A stretch of 64,000 nt of DNA from Klebsormidium nitens (taxonomy: Eukaryota; Plantae; Klebsormidiophyceae): contig DF237458.1 of NCBI GenBank assembly GCA_000708835.1, positions 3,210 to 67,209 of the forward strand. Reading direction: 5' to 3'. Position numbers and translations under genes: made by a program. Below, one piece after another: positions 61,101-64,000 of this stretch (positions are counted from its first letter, which is position 1; each line of letters opens with the position of its first letter). The notes below the pieces were generated by a model that ran no database searches, was not told where the DNA came from, and worked only from the letters and a program-made list of their open reading frames with translations.

Positions 61101-62345
61101 CACGCTCTTCGACGCCAGGTGGGGGCACTGGGTATTTCAAGATGTTACGAATCAGGTCTCTCGTAATTATCTCGATCAAATCAGGATCTAGCGGCTCCTT
61201 CCGGGAGCACTCACTAATGTTGGTAACCTTGCAAGATCGTATCTCTCCCCGATCTTCTCCTGAGACCTGCAGCGAAACTTGGAAGGGGAAATGGCGTTTG
61301 AAAATTCAGTATTGCGGTGTCTTGAAGTTGAACGTGCCGCACAGCGAATGCTTTGTAGGGGAGTCATGGCAATGTTAAATTACTGAGCGTATTGGGGCTG
61401 GCATTGCCGCGTGCAGGATCCCCGCGGAGTGGCTCAAGAAGAGCTGGGAGGCGTCGACGCTGGGCGTGTGGTTCTCGGGGCTGCTGCTGCGGTACGACCA
61501 GCTCTTCAAGTGGCTCAACAACGGGCGGCCCAAGGCGTACTGGCTCACCGGCTTCTTCAACCCGCAGGGCTTCCTTACCGCCGTCAAGCAAGAGGTGAGG
61601 CCGCGCCTCACCAGCGCCAAGCGTGCCATGTTGCTTGTGTCGGGAGAGGCTCAAAAACGGGCAACCTTGCTGGGTTTTCCATGGGGGCAGGAGCCTCCAC
61701 AAAGCAACTTTTTCTCGCTACGTGCCAGCGTAATTCACTACATGCCTCAGTTGCATCGACAGCACTAAGGCTTGAGACTGGTGGGACGATTCAACACGGC
61801 ATCTGCAAGTCCTGGCAGGTTGAAGCCTTCCAAAGCTCTGCAAATCCCCCAACATATTCAAGAGGAGGCCTTACGAACGGCGTTGTATACGTCAAGCGGC
61901 GGCCTCGATATGACACATCCTTTGACTGTCCTGCGCGCCATCGTCGCAGGTGTGCCGGCGCCACGCGGCTGAGAAGTGGGCCTTAGACGACGTGGTGATG
62001 AGCACGGAGGTGACGTTCCCGGCGCGCGAGGTGGAGAACCTGAAGGAGGGGCCGCAGGAGGGCGTGTACATCTACGGGCTGTTCCTGGACGGGTGTGCGT
62101 GGAACGCCAAGGAGAACCGGCTGGTGGACCCGGAGCCCAAGAAGCTGTACCACCCGCTGCCGCTGCTCTACGTTACCGGCGTGCTCGCGAGCCAGAAGCG
62201 GACGGAGAACCAGTTCAGCTGCCCGTGCTACACCATCAAGAAACGGACGGGGCTCAACTTCATTGCCAGCTTTGATCTACGGACAGAGGAGCCGCCGTCA
62301 AAATGGGTTATGAGGGGTGTGGCCCTTCTTTGCTCGATAGATTGA
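31135..62345 (+). CDS. ODA2: Axonemal outer-arm dynein heavy chain, gamma type (Chlamydomonas ODA2 / DNAH5-DNAH8 group), ~50 exons
   Basis: Begins [13 protein letters not shown] (31135-31173) and ends [10 protein letters not shown]-terminal segments [26 protein letters not shown] and [19 protein letters not shown] match my recollection of the gamma heavy chain. P-loops: AAA1 GPAGTGKT (45057-45080), AAA2 GPTGAGKT (47221-47244), AAA3 GGPGTAKT (49391-49414), AAA4 GVGGSGKQ (52063-52086). Stalk coiled coils and MTBD lie at ~53000-55400. Exon joins I checked from 32661 onward keep frame. Exon 2 is uncertain. Confidence 0.93.
37228..37688. other. Assembly gap (N run) within a dynein intron
   Basis: The flanking exons join in frame across it (…NIDG|GYLHR…). 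The same 29 bp occurs on both sides of the gap. Confidence 0.98.
40250..40285 (+). repeat. Perfect 18-bp tandem duplication (intronic)
   Basis: aaccgatttggtttcctg x2. Confidence 0.9.
49020..49123 (+). repeat. 49/50-bp tandem duplication with an internal inverted repeat (intronic)
   Basis: ccaaacgtcggcg(a/g)agctaaagtggactggcgtcga(g)agcgcgctttagc x2, followed by ccaaa. Each unit has a gctaaag…ctttagc stem. Confidence 0.9.
59511..59545 (+). repeat. 18-bp tandem duplication (intronic)
   Basis: gatcatgaagtgcaacat followed by gatcatgaagtgcaaca. Confidence 0.9.
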
Positions 62346-63933
62346 GGGATCGCTCAAATTTGCCATTCTCCGCGGTGTTTTCTGCCTTCTTAGAAGGTAC
62401 GGTGATGAAAACCGTATACCGAAAAACTTAGGTACGGTTTGAATTGAACGGGTCAATCGAGCGTCTGCTAGCGAGCAGTTCAAGCTTATGTGATCGACTT
62501 GTGCGATGACTCTTGAGTTTCGATTATCATAAGACACGAGAGGAGCCGGTATTTATATTGCTTAGAAGCTTCGAAGATACCTAGCAAACAGCTACCAATG
62601 TCCGGACAGCGCAGTCCAATAGTGCTAGCAGCCATGATGACCAGCAAAGTTACAAAAACACCTGTTGATTATAAGGCTTTGCATGTATCATATTAACGAA
62701 TGCCGCGCAAGCCGGTCTCGTCGAATACGTTGCCAACTTCGCTCAGTCACTGCTGCTATATGCATGATTTCTTTCCATGCATGATACGTGACCACATTGT
62801 CATTGGGGCTAGCTTGTAATGATATACCCAAGTTGCATTGCGTAACATCGATCGATCATCGAACTAGCTCATCACTGGCTAGCTGCGGGTTTTTCAATTT
62901 AACTTGCACATAAGCAAAGATCAATGCGGAAAAGCAATTGCAGCTATAGTAGTGGCTTTACAGCTAACTACTAAGCTTAGCCACTGTGTTGCCAAGTTAT
63001 ATTATTTGACTAGTTCGCCTTAGTCATATACAATTCTGATATAATTCGGATATATAGTATATTTGGCAGATGGTTTATGAATTGAAGCCGAAATCGAGTC
63101 ACGAATCGGCGCGCACGAGATCTTTAACCTTCACGAAGTACACATCCAATTGCAGCACGTACGTTGGCATTCAATGCCAGATTTTCCCATGCATGCACGT
63201 CTGATCGACACATAACGCCAGACGAGCACGAGTGACGCAAACCGGACCATCCGGCTAGCTAGCTCGAGAAATTTTTTGCAACTCGAAATAGTAAAAGGCT
63301 ACTAGCTTCACAAGCTACTTATTAGTACGCGGTTTTCGCGGGTTCCGCGACGATGTCGCGAGACTCAACTTCAATGATCTTGGCAATGATCGTCCAACGA
63401 GGCTTCGATCGCCGATATTACATTGCGATCATTACTAGCCAGTTAACGTAACATTCCTTGAACGTGCGATCGCAACGGCGTTGCAACGCTTGCAGCTAGT
63501 ATCTTCAAATTGCCCCACTACGTAAGGCTAGGGCAAAAAATAAAGCTGCGTGGCGCTCAACTATACCGTCGATACTAATCCAAACGGGCCTACCCTTAGA
63601 ACTTCGAATCAATTAATTCAATAGCCGCTTAAAATTTAAGTTGTACCGTAAGGCATACATTGATACATGAATTTCAAATTACACTAAATTCTTGAAGCAT
63701 GTGTTCTTCGATATATCCCGAGTACAGGACTTTTGAAGTAATTCGGAATGGCAACTTCGAATAGACCGCGGCACGAGCCGCGCAATTTAGAATTCCGACG
63801 TACTCTATTGAGTCAGATTTCGAGTCGACCGATGATGCCAATTAAATCAATGATTATGTGAGCATTCAATTTTATAGAGGATATATATAGATCATTAGAA
63901 AGGTATAGCGGAAAAGGGATTGAGTCAACTTGC

Positions 63934-63972
63934 GCTCCGTGTTTGCTGTGTTGGCTCCGTGTTTGTCGCTGG
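63934..63972 (+). repeat. Imperfect ~20-bp tandem repeat near the window end
   Basis: gctccgtgtttgctgtgttg followed by gctccgtgtttgtcgctgg. Confidence 0.7.
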
Positions 63973-64000
63973 CATATGTGATTCCGGTCGTCGGGAACGA

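Noticed and set aside
33000-62313. Numerous long alternative-frame and antisense ORFs (e.g. 36686-37705 +, 42835-43698 -, 60631-61179 -)
   Set aside because: These are shadow ORFs caused by extreme GC3 in the dynein exons, or by N runs.

Overview
Eukaryotic, intron-rich genomic DNA. It looks like a streptophyte (charophyte) green alga such as Klebsormidium, inferred from a plant-type H3.3, a plant-like CPSF160 and a retained outer-arm dynein. Five protein-coding genes alternate in orientation (+ - + - +). They are the 3' part of histone H3.3 (88-994, +), an unassigned multi-exon gene (3371-7510, -, interrupted by an N gap), CPSF160/CPSF1 (9598-24340, +), an armadillo-repeat gene (25709-30059, -) and a ~50-exon axonemal outer-arm dynein gamma-type heavy chain (31135-62345, +). 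Between the divergent orphan and CPSF160 genes lies an intron-containing tRNA-Leu(CAG). It is followed by two tRNA-Leu-derived units whose 3' halves (T-arm/B-box plus acceptor strand) are identical over 31 nt while their 5' halves are degraded; this is the most unusual structure I found. Also present: a ~764-bp element with terminal inverted repeats, AT-rich palindrome-dense spacers at the gene 3' ends, two GC-AG introns, several short intronic tandem duplications and two assembly gaps. I found no prokaryotic-type system (CRISPR, operon) and cannot claim a definitively new biological system. All exon coordinates were read by eye.
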